Shown piece after piece: positions 28,816 to 39,175 of a DNA stretch of 64,000 nt. The notes below the pieces were generated by a model. It was not told the origin of the DNA. It saw only the letters and a program-made list of their open reading frames with translations, and did not search any database. Origin of the DNA: a virus (taxonomy: Duplodnaviria > Caudoviricetes). Position 1 is the first letter of the stretch. Each line of letters opens with the position of its first letter. The translations under genes and the position numbers were made by a program. The stretch covers positions 1,240 to 65,239 of IMG/VR virus record IMGVR_UViG_3300031707_001866, one strand, 5' to 3'.

Positions 28816-29373
28816 ATGAAAAAAGAAAGACAGATGGGTTTATTGAAAAAAAGAGTGCTGGCAATTAGCGGTGAAATAAACGCAGAGTTAGTAAGTGACC
28901 TTAATATAGCAATTATAGAATTAAATGATAAAAGTAAAACAGTCCCAATAATAATTTCAATTACTACTCCCGGGGGAGACATTGACTGCGGATTAGGTAT
29001 TTATGATACTTTAAAAGTTAGCCAAGCACCTATTTACACTGTAGCGGTAGGTCAAGTTATGAGTATGGGGGTTCCAATTTTTTGCGCCGGGGCTAAAAGA
29101 TACTCTTTAGAGCACACTTACTTTTTAATCCATCCATCTACACTTTCAGTGATAGACTCAACTACTGCCGATTTAGAGGACAATGTTAAATATATGAAAG
29201 AGCAAAATGTTATTTTGGATAAAATAATCGCGGACAACTCTAAATTATCTTTAACCAAAATAGACCAGTTTAATAAACACCAAACATTTTTTAGTGCTAA
29301 ATTTGCTTTAGAATATGGAATAGTAAATCAACCTTTATTGAATAAAAAAGAGTTTTGGAGGTTGTTTAAATGA
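28816..29373 (+). CDS. clpP: ClpP-like protease 1
   Basis: ITTPGG, IYDTL, GQVMSMG (Ser), FLIHP (His), ALEYGIV. Confidence 0.85.
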   Translation: MKKERQMGLLKKRVLAISGEINAELVSDLNIAIIELNDKSKTVPIIISITTPGGDIDCGLGIYDTLKVSQAPIYTVAVGQVMSMGVPIFCAGAKRYSLEHTYFLIHPSTLSVIDSTTADLEDNVKYMKEQNVILDKIIADNSKLSLTKIDQFNKHQTFFSAKFALEYGIVNQPLLNKKEFWRLFK

Positions 29374-29930
29374 TTGCGGAGTTTAAAGGGTGGCCTAAAA
29401 TAGCTAGACTGAACCGCGAAGTAATCGTGAGCGAAAAATTGGACGGGACATCAGTCGTTCTTTGTATTACAGAAGACGGGCACATTCACGCCGGAAGCAG
29501 AAACAGATGGCTATGGAGTTCCACTGACGACAAAATTTGTAATGACCATCACGGTTTCGCCCAGTGGGTTAGAACTAATAAAGACGAATTGATGACACTT
29601 GGGGTCGGCTACCATAATGGGGAATGGATGGGTCAAGGAATACAACGTAATTATGGACTAAAAGAAAAACGGTTTTACTTATTCAATACAGCCAAATGGA
29701 CAGACGACGCAGTGAGACCAAAATGTTGCCACGTCGTTCCAATTCTATACCGAGGTTTATTTGACACGGTAGAAATCAGAAGGGCATTGCAATATTTAGC
29801 ATTTGATGGCAGTTGGGCAGTTCCTAATTTTATGAACCCAGAGGGAATAGTGGTATTTCACACTCATTCAGGTTCAATGTTCAAGGTGACTATAAAAAAC
29901 GATACAAAAGGCAAAGGAGAAAACAAATGA
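29370..29930 (+). CDS. RNA ligase (Rnl2-like nucleotidyltransferase domain)
   Basis: SEKLDGT, GSRNRW, GEWMG, PEGIVV, FK. Confidence 0.85.
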   Translation: MIAEFKGWPKIARLNREVIVSEKLDGTSVVLCITEDGHIHAGSRNRWLWSSTDDKICNDHHGFAQWVRTNKDELMTLGVGYHNGEWMGQGIQRNYGLKEKRFYLFNTAKWTDDAVRPKCCHVVPILYRGLFDTVEIRRALQYLAFDGSWAVPNFMNPEGIVVFHTHSGSMFKVTIKNDTKGKGENK

Positions 29931-30223
29931 GAAATAAAAGAAGAGCCATTAATAAATTAGTAAGGTTGCTAAAAGAAGATTCTACACCGAGACCCTGGCC
30001 TTATGAACCAAAAACCCCTATCCAACTCTGGGCTATTAGCGACCGTGTTTTGGTAAGATGGGAAGCAAAGCCGCGTAAGTATGAATTTAAGCATCTAATT
30101 ATCAGCGAGTTCGTGCATAAAAATACACAGGGAGACTCAATATGGGGTGCTTATGATAGAGAGGCTGGGTCTACTTTCATTTTTAACACAAAACAATGCG
30201 TAAAAATTGGGGTAATTAGATGA
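29927..30223 (+). CDS. Hypothetical protein
   Basis: 98 aa, overlapping start/stop with neighbours. Confidence 0.55.
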   Translation: MRNKRRAINKLVRLLKEDSTPRPWPYEPKTPIQLWAISDRVLVRWEAKPRKYEFKHLIISEFVHKNTQGDSIWGAYDREAGSTFIFNTKQCVKIGVIR

Positions 30224-30639
30224 GGTTGGTAAATATTAGAATACTGTTAACATTAATTTTAAAATGGGGGCGTTCTTCTTTGGACGAGGGGCTTCGAGTT
30301 TTGGTCTGGGTAATATGCTGGAGTTTATTTGAGAAAATGCTGCTAGACACCTCAATTGAGATTAGACTGCTGGTGCTGCTTGGAATATTAATCCTTTTAC
30401 AAAGGAACTTTTTACGATATTTACAGGCGCACAAAAAACCCGGAAGAAAGCGCAAGACTGCTGCTGAAAAAGTAATCGAGGAGATTAAAAATGAGCCGAC
30501 TAACCTTTAAAGGAACCGTTTGTGCAGATGCCTGGAGTTATGTTGTCACCGACTCAGAAGGTCACAACTTAGACGATATGAATGGTGTACTAAAAAATTT
30601 AGAAGGCAAAGAAGTATTTGTTATAATTGAGGTAGTGGA

Positions 30640-30975
30640 ATGATAAAATCAGAAATAAACAAACTTGATAAGATATGGTCACTAATTATACGCAAACGCG
30701 GAAGATGCGAAAAGTGTGGAAGAAGAAATGCACTACAGGGAGCCCATATCTTTTCACGCAGGCTCAAGTCTACCCGATACAACTTGAATAACGGTGTCTG
30801 TTTATGCGCCGGTTGTCATAGATTTTGGGCGCATCAGAACCCAGTTGAGTTTACTGACTTCGTTACAAAGTTAAAGGGCGAAAAAGTTATGAATGAGCTC
30901 AGGAGTCTTAGCCAGAAGAAGATTAAACTATTCTACGATGAAGTAAAAGCAAGTTTAGAAAAGGAGTTAAAATAA
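30640..30975 (+). CDS. NinG/HNH-like nuclease
   Basis: CEKC, AHIFSRR, RYNLNNGVCLCAGCH. Confidence 0.8.
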   Translation: MIKSEINKLDKIWSLIIRKRGRCEKCGRRNALQGAHIFSRRLKSTRYNLNNGVCLCAGCHRFWAHQNPVEFTDFVTKLKGEKVMNELRSLSQKKIKLFYDEVKASLEKELK

Positions 30976-31203
30976 ATGGGAAGACCGAGATGCACTTTTC
31001 CAAATGTATACGATACACCAGAAGAAGAACTTAAAAAAGCAAAAGTAAGCACGCGTGGCAAAGCCATAAAATTAATAACATTAGACGAAGTATACGACAG
31101 ATGGCTGTGGTTCATACGAATAAAATCTGTACTGGGTATAGTTTATACTTTTGGAGACTTTGCTAAATATCAGTATGAAAAGAAAAATTATAAAATAGTG
31201 TAA
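30976..31203 (+). CDS. Hypothetical protein
   Basis: 75 aa ORF. Confidence 0.5.
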   Translation: MGRPRCTFPNVYDTPEEELKKAKVSTRGKAIKLITLDEVYDRWLWFIRIKSVLGIVYTFGDFAKYQYEKKNYKIV

Positions 31204-31212
31204 AAATAACAC

Positions 31213-31241
31213 TTGACAAACTCTGGGGAAACTGATATAAT
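31213..31241 (+). promoter_or_regulatory. sigma70 promoter (extended -10)
   Basis: TTGACA-17-TATAAT with TGn. Confidence 0.85.
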
Positions 31242-31304
31242 TAAGGTAGAAGGGGAGAAAAGACGCCCGGTGAAATTAAATGTGTTGAAAGGAAGGTTAG
31301 GCGA

Positions 31305-31958
31305 ATGAAAGTAATTAAAGAGTTACTTAATAGATACTTACCCGTTTTTATTGTAATCGCTCTTGTCTCATTAGCACTTTTCTATATCCCCATAAAAGCG
31401 GACAGTGGTGTTTCAAAAGAAGTTTACATTATTGGTGCAATAGACCAACGAACTGCTCTTCGGGTTATTGGGGAATTGACGGCTGCTGATAAAACTCCGG
31501 GGGACATTACTTTATTAATAGATTCCGGCGGAGGGGGTGTGGCGGAAGGGTTTTTAATTATTGACACTATGAGAGTATGTAATAATGACATAAAGACTGT
31601 GGTATTGACTGAGGCTTGCTCAATGGCCGCAGTTGTGGCCTCGGCAGGAACTCCTGGCAAACGTTACGCTTATCCTCATTCCATTCTACTTCTTCATCAA
31701 ATGGGAATGACTTATCTTGAGGGACAAAATGTAGACAAATGGTATAAAATGATAGAAATAATCAGCAAAATAGAGAAACAATTATGCGAAGAGATTGCAA
31801 AAAATACAGGGCACTCGTCATTAGAAATAAGACAGTCAATAAAAGAAGATATGTGGATGACCGCCCTAGAAGCACGGAATTATGGTCTTATTGATATAAT
31901 AATTGAAAGGCCAATTCCCGTTGAACGAAGAGATTGGGATAACGACACAAACAAATAA
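31305..31958 (+). CDS. clpP: ClpP-like protease 2 with N-terminal membrane/signal segment
   Basis: IDSGGG, ACSMAA, GTPGKRYAYPHS.LLHQ, DMWMTALEARNYGLID; hydrophobic residues ~11-29. Confidence 0.85.
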   Translation: MKVIKELLNRYLPVFIVIALVSLALFYIPIKADSGVSKEVYIIGAIDQRTALRVIGELTAADKTPGDITLLIDSGGGGVAEGFLIIDTMRVCNNDIKTVVLTEACSMAAVVASAGTPGKRYAYPHSILLLHQMGMTYLEGQNVDKWYKMIEIISKIEKQLCEEIAKNTGHSSLEIRQSIKEDMWMTALEARNYGLIDIIIERPIPVERRDWDNDTNK

Positions 31959-31973
31959 AAGGAGGAAAGTAAG

Positions 31974-32348
31974 ATGAACATTTTTGGAAAGAAAGATGGC
32001 CGCGGCGTAGGATTAAAGGAACTTAGGGCAGGTTTGTTTGGCGAATTTGAGAAATGGTGCGAGGAACGTGGGATAGACACATCAGTATTCAGTAATGACA
32101 TTTGGGCTATTGTGGTGATGTTTAACTTGCTTACCCAGTGTAATAGTGAAAGACAGCAAACCGCAGAAGCCAAGAAAAAGGAAGAAGAAATTGCTAAACT
32201 TATTAACCGCTATACGGATACGCTGACTTTAGAAGAAGTCGCTGAGTTAAAAACAAAGACCGAAACAAGATACGCTGAAATAAAATTAGCTAAAGAAAAG
32301 GCTGAGGCGGAAGCAAAAAGTAAACCGCAAACGCCGGGGGTAAAATAA
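31974..32348 (+). CDS. Hypothetical protein
   Basis: 124 aa, AAGGAGG RBS. Confidence 0.6.
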   Translation: MNIFGKKDGRGVGLKELRAGLFGEFEKWCEERGIDTSVFSNDIWAIVVMFNLLTQCNSERQQTAEAKKKEEEIAKLINRYTDTLTLEEVAELKTKTETRYAEIKLAKEKAEAEAKSKPQTPGVK

Positions 32349-32483
32349 TGATTAGGTTGGGGCAAACTATTGAAATAGACGGAAGATATTTTTATGTTTC
32401 GGAAATTCTTTCCAGGGGAAGAATACGCTTAAAAGAGGATTTAACTGAGGCAAAGATAGTTAAAAAAACGGAGGCAAAAACCA

Positions 32484-33380
32484 ATGAAGGTTAAGAGTTT
32501 AAAAGAGTTATATGATGTTATTAAAAATGGTTCTTTTGAGATTGAAGAAGACACAATATCAATAGACAACTGCGAGGTCGGCTTTATTGGCGAAGCCAAA
32601 ACAAAATCAGGCGAAACTGATGGGCGTCCCTGGTCATTTAGACAGCAATTTCTAGTGGTTAAGCAAGGCGAACTTTCTGTTGGTGTAAATGTTTCCGAAG
32701 AATACGGCAAAGAAATAAAGGGTGCAATAACTTCTATTTCTAAAGCCAAAGTTCAGACGTATAAAAAAGATGGGGAAGACAAGGTTTCTTTACAGGTAAA
32801 AAAAGGCAACTTTACAATTACTAAAATGCCGGAAAAACCGCAAACACCAATCGCACAAAAAGGTTCCGGGGCTACTTCAGGAGAACCGGTTGACCCGAAT
32901 GTTTGGACAAATAAGGAAATTCGTAAGGCTAGGGAGAAGGCGTTGGGTTGTGCATTAGCTTATTTAGGGTTAGGGCTTGCTGAGGGAACAGGCATACCTA
33001 GAGAAAAAGTGATTGAAACCGCTAAATATTTTGAAAACTATCTTTACATAATAGAGGGTAGTGAACCAATTAAAGAAACGCCAAAGGCCGAACCGCCCAA
33101 AGAAGAAAAGAAGTCGACACCTAGTCAGCCTCCAGTGGCTAAAGAAAAAATCAGGACATCCCCGACAGAAGAATTTGTTTTAGACGAACCTATTCAGACC
33201 CAAGTGGATAAACTGGCGGCGGAATTAATTCAAAAAGAAATAATTGCCGATTGGTCTACTTGGCTAGAGATATTAAAGAAATTTGGCTGTAAGACCTATA
33301 AAGCGTATATTGACTCTGACGTGACAACTAAAGGTAAGATTTACGCTGAATTAATGGTGCTGAAAAATCAAGGTAAATAG
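32484..33380 (+). CDS. Putative ssDNA-binding/recombination protein
   Basis: OB-like N-terminus (GETDGRPWSFRQQFLVV), Pro-rich linkers; inference. Confidence 0.45.
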   Translation: MKVKSLKELYDVIKNGSFEIEEDTISIDNCEVGFIGEAKTKSGETDGRPWSFRQQFLVVKQGELSVGVNVSEEYGKEIKGAITSISKAKVQTYKKDGEDKVSLQVKKGNFTITKMPEKPQTPIAQKGSGATSGEPVDPNVWTNKEIRKAREKALGCALAYLGLGLAEGTGIPREKVIETAKYFENYLYIIEGSEPIKETPKAEPPKEEKKSTPSQPPVAKEKIRTSPTEEFVLDEPIQTQVDKLAAELIQKEIIADWSTWLEILKKFGCKTYKAYIDSDVTTKGKIYAELMVLKNQGK

Positions 33381-33388
33381 GGGGCTTT

Positions 33389-33664
33389 GTGGCCGAGGAC
33401 AAGAATAAAAGCGAGAAACATTTCGACCTCTTTATCAGTAAAGACATTGGAACAGTCACGGTATATTCAAAACAAAACTATACTGATGAGGAATTACAGA
33501 TATTTGACGCTCTTTTGAATGTTATTTCGGCGATAATTGCAATACGCCGCGAGAGCAGACAATTAGGGTGTATGTTGGTGGATTCAATAGCCGAAACACT
33601 AAGGAATTATTACGAGTTTTATCAATTGCTAAAGGGAGGAAAAGGTGGTGGAACCAAAATTTAA
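33389..33664 (+). CDS. Hypothetical protein
   Basis: 91 aa ORF, GTG start. Confidence 0.5.
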   Translation: MAEDKNKSEKHFDLFISKDIGTVTVYSKQNYTDEELQIFDALLNVISAIIAIRRESRQLGCMLVDSIAETLRNYYEFYQLLKGGKGGGTKI

Positions 33665-34364
33665 ATGTGGGGATAGGGTTGAAATAATCGCATTAGAACC
33701 CCCCATCGAAGGGGCGGTTTACTCGGACGGGTATTTAAATTCAGCGGGTAAATTCGGGATAATAGAGAGACTTATAGGTAATGGGGATTATCTTGTCTCA
33801 GTAGCAATAGATGGCGGGATGTATACATTTGATTATTCAGAAAATTGTTTAAAATTAATTAAGATAAAACAAAAGACTCACGAGAACTGTTTAAAAGACA
33901 CAAACCCAAAAGACGCTATCGGAGTAACCAAGATTCCGTTTCATTTATGGCCTGAGACTGCTTCTATTTACGGTGCTCTGGGGTTTTTAGATGGTATGCT
34001 CAAGTATGGAAGGTCTAATTGGCGTAGTGCCGGGGTAAGGGTTTCGGTTTATTATGACGCTTGCAGAAGGCATTTAAATGCCTATTTTGAAGGAGAAGAA
34101 AACACCCCCGATACCGGACTTCCGCATTTGGCTTGTGCTCTAGCCTGCATAGCAATTTTAATTGACGCCAAAGCCGCCGGAAAATTAGTTGATGATAGAA
34201 TGTATAAAGGGGGCTATCATAAATTACTTGAAGAGATGACCCCGCACGTCAAACGACTAAAGGAATTACATAAAGACAAGAACCCTAAACATTGGACTAT
34301 ACAAGACAACGAAGAAAATAAATCGCGCGTGGATATGGACGACAATAACTATAAACAGCTTTAG
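33645..34364 (+). CDS. dATP/dGTP diphosphohydrolase domain (DUF5664-like) with N-terminal SH3-like domain
   Basis: NPKDAIG..K, GMLKYGRSNWR, RHLNAY..GE, DTGLPHLA. Confidence 0.8.
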   Translation: MVEPKFKCGDRVEIIALEPPIEGAVYSDGYLNSAGKFGIIERLIGNGDYLVSVAIDGGMYTFDYSENCLKLIKIKQKTHENCLKDTNPKDAIGVTKIPFHLWPETASIYGALGFLDGMLKYGRSNWRSAGVRVSVYYDACRRHLNAYFEGEENTPDTGLPHLACALACIAILIDAKAAGKLVDDRMYKGGYHKLLEEMTPHVKRLKELHKDKNPKHWTIQDNEENKSRVDMDDNNYKQL

Positions 34365-34675
34365 AATATCGGAGAAATAAATGAGTGAATCCAAAAACGT
34401 GTGCAGATTTTGTCTTAATTCTAACTGTGAACGTTATTGCGAACTTCATCAATGGGTAATAGATAAAAGGGTTGATACGCGACACTGCGCGAATTTCGAC
34501 CCCAACTCTAAATACTTAAGAGGTAAAAATGAAAATTGAATTTGAAAACCATCGTAAATACACGGGGATGAGGAGACTCTACTGGGGGTTTAGGAGATTT
34601 CACTATGGCCTCTATCGGTATCATTTAATAATTGGTTGCTGCGGATTATTTTATTTCATACTTTGGGGGAAGAGA

Positions 34676-34934
34676 AATGGAAATTAAATCAGACGAAAAA
34701 AACGGAAGAATAATCTTTACAAGTGACGAGGGGTTTAGGTTGGTTTTGTTTAAAGATTATAAAACAGTTAATTTGGAAGTCACGCCTACCAGCACTACTG
34801 GTGAGAAATTTTGGCATCCTCTTATGACTTTCAGTTTTGAGGAATTAAAGGCATTAGATTTATTGGTTGCTAATACAAAAGCTGCTGTAATTGCATTTGA
34901 AGATTTTACTTCAAAGAAGAGGGTAAAGAAATGA
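34676..34934 (+). CDS. Hypothetical protein
   Basis: MEIKSDEK start after GGGGGA RBS within the track ORF 34632-34934; start approximate. Confidence 0.5.
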
Positions 34935-35611
34935 TAGAAAAATATCTCGAACATACGCATATTAAGCCCGAAACAACCTTTAGAGATGTAACGAAATTAT
35001 GTCTTGACGCTGCCTTATATGGCTTCAGGTCGGTAGTGGTGCGCCCGGAATGGGTTAAGACGGCCAAAAACATACTGGACTTTTCTAAAATAAAGATAGT
35101 GACTACACTTGGTTTCCCCTACGGACTTTGTTATACGCCGGTTTACCAGAAAGGCTCTGCTTTAGATTTAGCAGATGAAATAGACCTTCTTCCAAACATT
35201 CACGAAATAAAAAATAAAGATTACTATAACTTTACCATACAAGTAGATAAGTTGCGTAAGATGTATAGTAATAAAATAATTAAATTGATAGTCGAGACCG
35301 GGGTATTTGATGAACAAGAAATAAACTGGCTGTGTATATTCGCCGAGGATTTGCACATAGATTACATCAAGTCAAACACCGGATTATACAAACGCAAAAG
35401 GTCAATTTTAGAAGACCTGGCACTACTTAAAAAGCACACTAGATTACCTATTAAGATGGCCGGCGGGATTAAAGATTACCAAACCGCGAAAGTGTTGCTT
35501 GACAATGGGGCAGCGTTGCTCGGTGTAAGTGCAGGAGTAGATATTTGTAAGGGTGAAAGGATGGCTGGAACGGGTAGAGACCAATTATTAAAAATACGGT
35601 GGGGTGGATAA
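34931..35611 (+). CDS. deoC: Deoxyribose-phosphate aldolase
   Basis: EHTHIKPE, GFPYG, ADEID, KLIVETG, DYIKSNTG, IKMAGGI, GAALLGVS. Confidence 0.85.
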   Translation: MIEKYLEHTHIKPETTFRDVTKLCLDAALYGFRSVVVRPEWVKTAKNILDFSKIKIVTTLGFPYGLCYTPVYQKGSALDLADEIDLLPNIHEIKNKDYYNFTIQVDKLRKMYSNKIIKLIVETGVFDEQEINWLCIFAEDLHIDYIKSNTGLYKRKRSILEDLALLKKHTRLPIKMAGGIKDYQTAKVLLDNGAALLGVSAGVDICKGERMAGTGRDQLLKIRWGG

Positions 35612-36006
35612 TGACGGAAGAAATAAAATTACAAATTGAAGTTACAGAAAAGCATCTATTAGATTACTTTAATCAGTTGTCCCCGGAACTTAAAAAAATA
35701 ATTTTAGAGCAGTTTGTATTTTCGGAAATTATAGAGGTCATTGAACAGCAATTAAAACACCAAACAGACATAAGCACGTGGTCTACTAGCGGTTGGCGTG
35801 ACGGAATGAATATCAGAGAGGCAATAATTAAGATACAAGGATTGGAGCCTGAATTTAAAAAAGACCTGGAAAGTATAATCAGAAGTCTGAAGTGGCGCAC
35901 GGATTATTTAGAAAAGTATTACCGTTGGTTTTTTAAAGTCTACCACAATGAAAACACCTATCCAATTGTATCAAAATATATAGGGTTTAATACAGACAAG
36001 GAGTAA
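35611..36006 (+). CDS. Hypothetical protein
   Basis: MTEEIK start overlapping the deoC stop. Confidence 0.55.
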   Translation: MTEEIKLQIEVTEKHLLDYFNQLSPELKKIILEQFVFSEIIEVIEQQLKHQTDISTWSTSGWRDGMNIREAIIKIQGLEPEFKKDLESIIRSLKWRTDYLEKYYRWFFKVYHNENTYPIVSKYIGFNTDKE

Positions 36007-36472
36007 AAATGCCAGAAGCAATTGAAACGGGAATAACATTAATATTAGTGGCAATTTGGATTTGGCTATGTTTTTTGATAGGCGTAACTTTAATTACAGT
36101 TTGCTTGGTGCTGTGGAGTATTGAGAAGATTAAAAAATTGTTTGGGGGGAAATAATGCTAGAAAAGTTAAGGGGGTGGGCACTGAATAGAAAAAAAGGAG
36201 AGGCCTACCTCTTGGTTTTATACTTTGAAGACGGCGGTATAAAATATTGCACTTGTAAAACGCTAATTGGTGCGATAATTTGCATTATAACCAAAAGGAG
36301 ATTTCGTGGAAATGATATATAAAATTTTACAGTATGCCGCTATTGGGTGTTTCGCTGGATTGGCTACACTGGATTTTAGTGCAAGCAGACTAAATTTTGG
36401 TGGTCTGAACCTTAGTTTAACTCTACTGTATATTTTTCTCTATCTTACGCCTTTTTCTAAATAGAGGTTACT

Positions 36473-36973
36473 ATGCGGCATCTCACAACTTATTTAGCAG
36501 GAAATATGGAATACGCTCGTGGAAGCGGGATTAATTGGCGTTTAAACGAGACGAAAGAATTGCGTAAAATATTCGGTTCCAATTTAAATATTGGAGACCC
36601 GGCACGGGATGAGTCCAAAAAAACAGGTATGCCCCCAGAAGAAGCCAAACAGAAGTTGAACTATTGGAAAAAGCACAATAAAGAAGATAAAATAAAACAA
36701 ATGATGAAGAAGGTTATTTCAGAGGACATTAAAGCAGTTAGACGCTGTGACTTTATGATAGTGTGTTGGGATTCAAATATTAGAACTTACGGGACAATCG
36801 GCGAAATTCAAATCGCTTATGATGAAAAAATACCTGTGTATTTTGTAACATTAAACAAACTCAGTGAAATTTCTTCTTGGCTTATTGGAGAATACACAGA
36901 AAAGTTTAGGACATTTAAGGAGTTAAATATTTATCTTAAAGGAAAATATTCAAGATATATTGGAGGAAAATAA
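36473..36973 (+). CDS. Nucleoside 2-deoxyribosyltransferase / dNMP N-glycosidase-like protein
   Basis: YLAGNM, WR, DIKAVRRCD, GTIGEIQIAY..KIPV. Confidence 0.8.
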   Translation: MRHLTTYLAGNMEYARGSGINWRLNETKELRKIFGSNLNIGDPARDESKKTGMPPEEAKQKLNYWKKHNKEDKIKQMMKKVISEDIKAVRRCDFMIVCWDSNIRTYGTIGEIQIAYDEKIPVYFVTLNKLSEISSWLIGEYTEKFRTFKELNIYLKGKYSRYIGGK

Positions 36974-36974
36974 A

Positions 36975-38102
36975 ATGAAAAAATGGACAGAACAAGATGA
37001 CATTAAATTACTAATCGAATTAAATAACGGTAAGAATTTAATAGACATTGCCAGAGATTTTAAAGTGACTTATGATGTTTTGCGAGCACATTTTAAAAAT
37101 CTTAAGGTTAAGTATGGCGATATTATAATCCAGAAACACGGTGAATCAATTATTGATGGGTTTGATTTAACTGCTTTTACTGGTGCTCTTCAATCATTAC
37201 CGCCGTTAACTAAACCAGAAATTTATAAAATGGACACGCGGAAAGATACCGAAATTGCCCAGTTGTCTTTAAGCGATATTCACGTCGGTCAGTTGGCTTC
37301 TAAAGAGTTGACCGGGGGATTGGGGGAATATAATTGGACGCAGTGTCTAGACCGCGCGGATAGACTTAAAAAAGGCGTAATGAAGATAGTAGAATTGAGG
37401 CGTAAGGCCACCAACATTAACAAATTGGTTATAATGTTGGGCGGAGATATAGTAGAGGGGCACGGCATATTTAAGACACAGCAATATGAGGTCGAATTTG
37501 ATGTAATGGAACAAGTTTTAAAGGCCATTACTCTTGTCAGTGATATAATTGTATACTTTGCACAGAACTTTGAGCACGTGACAGTAGTGGGGGTTCCTGG
37601 TAATCACGGGGTGCTCGGCGGTAGAAAAGAAACCCCATTCCACATTAATTTTGATAGTCTGATATACAAATTATTGGAAAAGTATTTAGTCAACCAAAAG
37701 AACGTTAAATTTGACTTCAGCACCACTTGGTATCAATTAGTAGATATTGAAGGTTGGAAAGAGTTACTGATTCACGGAGATGATATTGGCGGGTCAGTAA
37801 TGTCCGATACAAAAGTCCAGGGAATCTGGGGTAAGTATCAAAAAATGTTGAACTCGGTATTCCAATATATGCTTATTGGTCACTTTCACCAGCAATGGTC
37901 TATTCCTTATGGATTTGGTGGTATGTATATAAATGGCGGATGGACGGGTGCTAACGCTTTTAGTAAGGTGGTTAAAAATGCTGCTGTGCCCGTTCAGTGG
38001 TTGACATTTATACATAAAAATTGGGGTATTGTGTCCCCCTCTCCAATCTATTTAATTCAAAAAGAAGCCAGAACCCCGGATATTAAAACTATAAAGATGT
38101 AG
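36975..38102 (+). CDS. Calcineurin-like metallophosphoesterase with N-terminal HTH
   Basis: SDIHVG, GGDIVEG, PGNHG, IHGD, GHFH. Confidence 0.85.
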   Translation: MKKWTEQDDIKLLIELNNGKNLIDIARDFKVTYDVLRAHFKNLKVKYGDIIIQKHGESIIDGFDLTAFTGALQSLPPLTKPEIYKMDTRKDTEIAQLSLSDIHVGQLASKELTGGLGEYNWTQCLDRADRLKKGVMKIVELRRKATNINKLVIMLGGDIVEGHGIFKTQQYEVEFDVMEQVLKAITLVSDIIVYFAQNFEHVTVVGVPGNHGVLGGRKETPFHINFDSLIYKLLEKYLVNQKNVKFDFSTTWYQLVDIEGWKELLIHGDDIGGSVMSDTKVQGIWGKYQKMLNSVFQYMLIGHFHQQWSIPYGFGGMYINGGWTGANAFSKVVKNAAVPVQWLTFIHKNWGIVSPSPIYLIQKEARTPDIKTIKM

Positions 38103-38109
38103 GAGACCA

Positions 38110-38397
38110 ATGCTCACAATAATTTTAGACATTATAGTTGTATTGGCTGCTTTTATTGATAACTTAAAATACTTCTTACTGTGCAGTTCTAACAAGAAAA
38201 CTACACTTAATATGAAGAAGTTTTTAATTATCAGTATAGGTGCGCGCGTGGTTATTTTAATTGCGTGTTTGCTTAAAGCCGACATAGTGTTTACAATCGT
38301 TTATATTATCGGCTTGATGGCAACCTCATTGTCGTACTATTTAAGAAAGAGTCACAAACTAGAACTAAATATCTTTAAACGTAGGAGAAGGAAATGA
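38110..38397 (+). CDS. Small multi-pass membrane protein
   Basis: Three hydrophobic segments and a basic tail. Confidence 0.55.
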   Translation: MLTIILDIIVVLAAFIDNLKYFLLCSSNKKTTLNMKKFLIISIGARVVILIACLLKADIVFTIVYIIGLMATSLSYYLRKSHKLELNIFKRRRRK

Positions 38398-38567
38398 TTA
38401 AAAATTTATTGAAGTATACTGTGGGATTACCACTTTTAGCCTTTCTCACTTTGGGGTGTTTTCTTAGTATGCTTTTATTTGGTATACCTGGCGGGGCTAT
38501 TCACGGCGAGATTGGTTCTACAATTAGAGAAGATTGGGAATACTTAAAAGATACGTGGAGGCCATTA

Positions 38568-38950
38568 TGATTAAAAAGTATGATTCGTTAAAAGCATTGA
38601 AAACAGAATGGCTACCTATATGCCAAATCGCCTGGGAAGAAATGAACATTAAACTCAGTGATGAGCCAGTAATCGTTGAAGAGCAGGGAAGGACTGCTGA
38701 GGGATACTATGCTCGTTTAACAGTATGCCTTGCTGAGGCGGAATCCTTATTAGACTTTGCTGAATTAAAAAATCTACAAACGCGGGAAGCAGGAACTGAA
38801 TTAGAAAGAAAGATTTGGTTGGCCGCTGCTGTGCGTGATGAGAGGTCTTTTAGAGACGCTATTGAAGGTTTGGTAAAGGCAATAGAAATAAGAGTGAATA
38901 TGACCCAGAGCCTTTTAAAATATCACAAACCGTTTAAGGGTGGGGAGTAA
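38568..38950 (+). CDS. Helical hypothetical protein (UvsY-like mediator possible)
   Basis: GGAGG RBS before MIKKYD; coiled-coil character. Confidence 0.5.
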
Positions 38951-39175
38951 ATGAAAATAGAAGAGATGATAAATAAAATATTCTTAGAGACTAAAAATGG
39001 GTTTGAGTATGTTAAACAAATCCCAGACAAGTCTATTGATATGATACTTTGTGATTTGCCTTATGGAACGACCGCCTGTAAGAATCTGAAAAGAAACTTT
39101 ATAGGAATGGAAATCTATCAAGAGTATATAGACATATCCTATAAAAGATTGGCGGAACTAGATGGAAATAGGTAA
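38951..39175 (+). pseudogene. Internally deleted N4/N6 DNA methyltransferase
   Basis: [18 protein letters not shown] joined directly to [14 protein letters not shown]; TRD and FxGxG missing. Confidence 0.75.
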
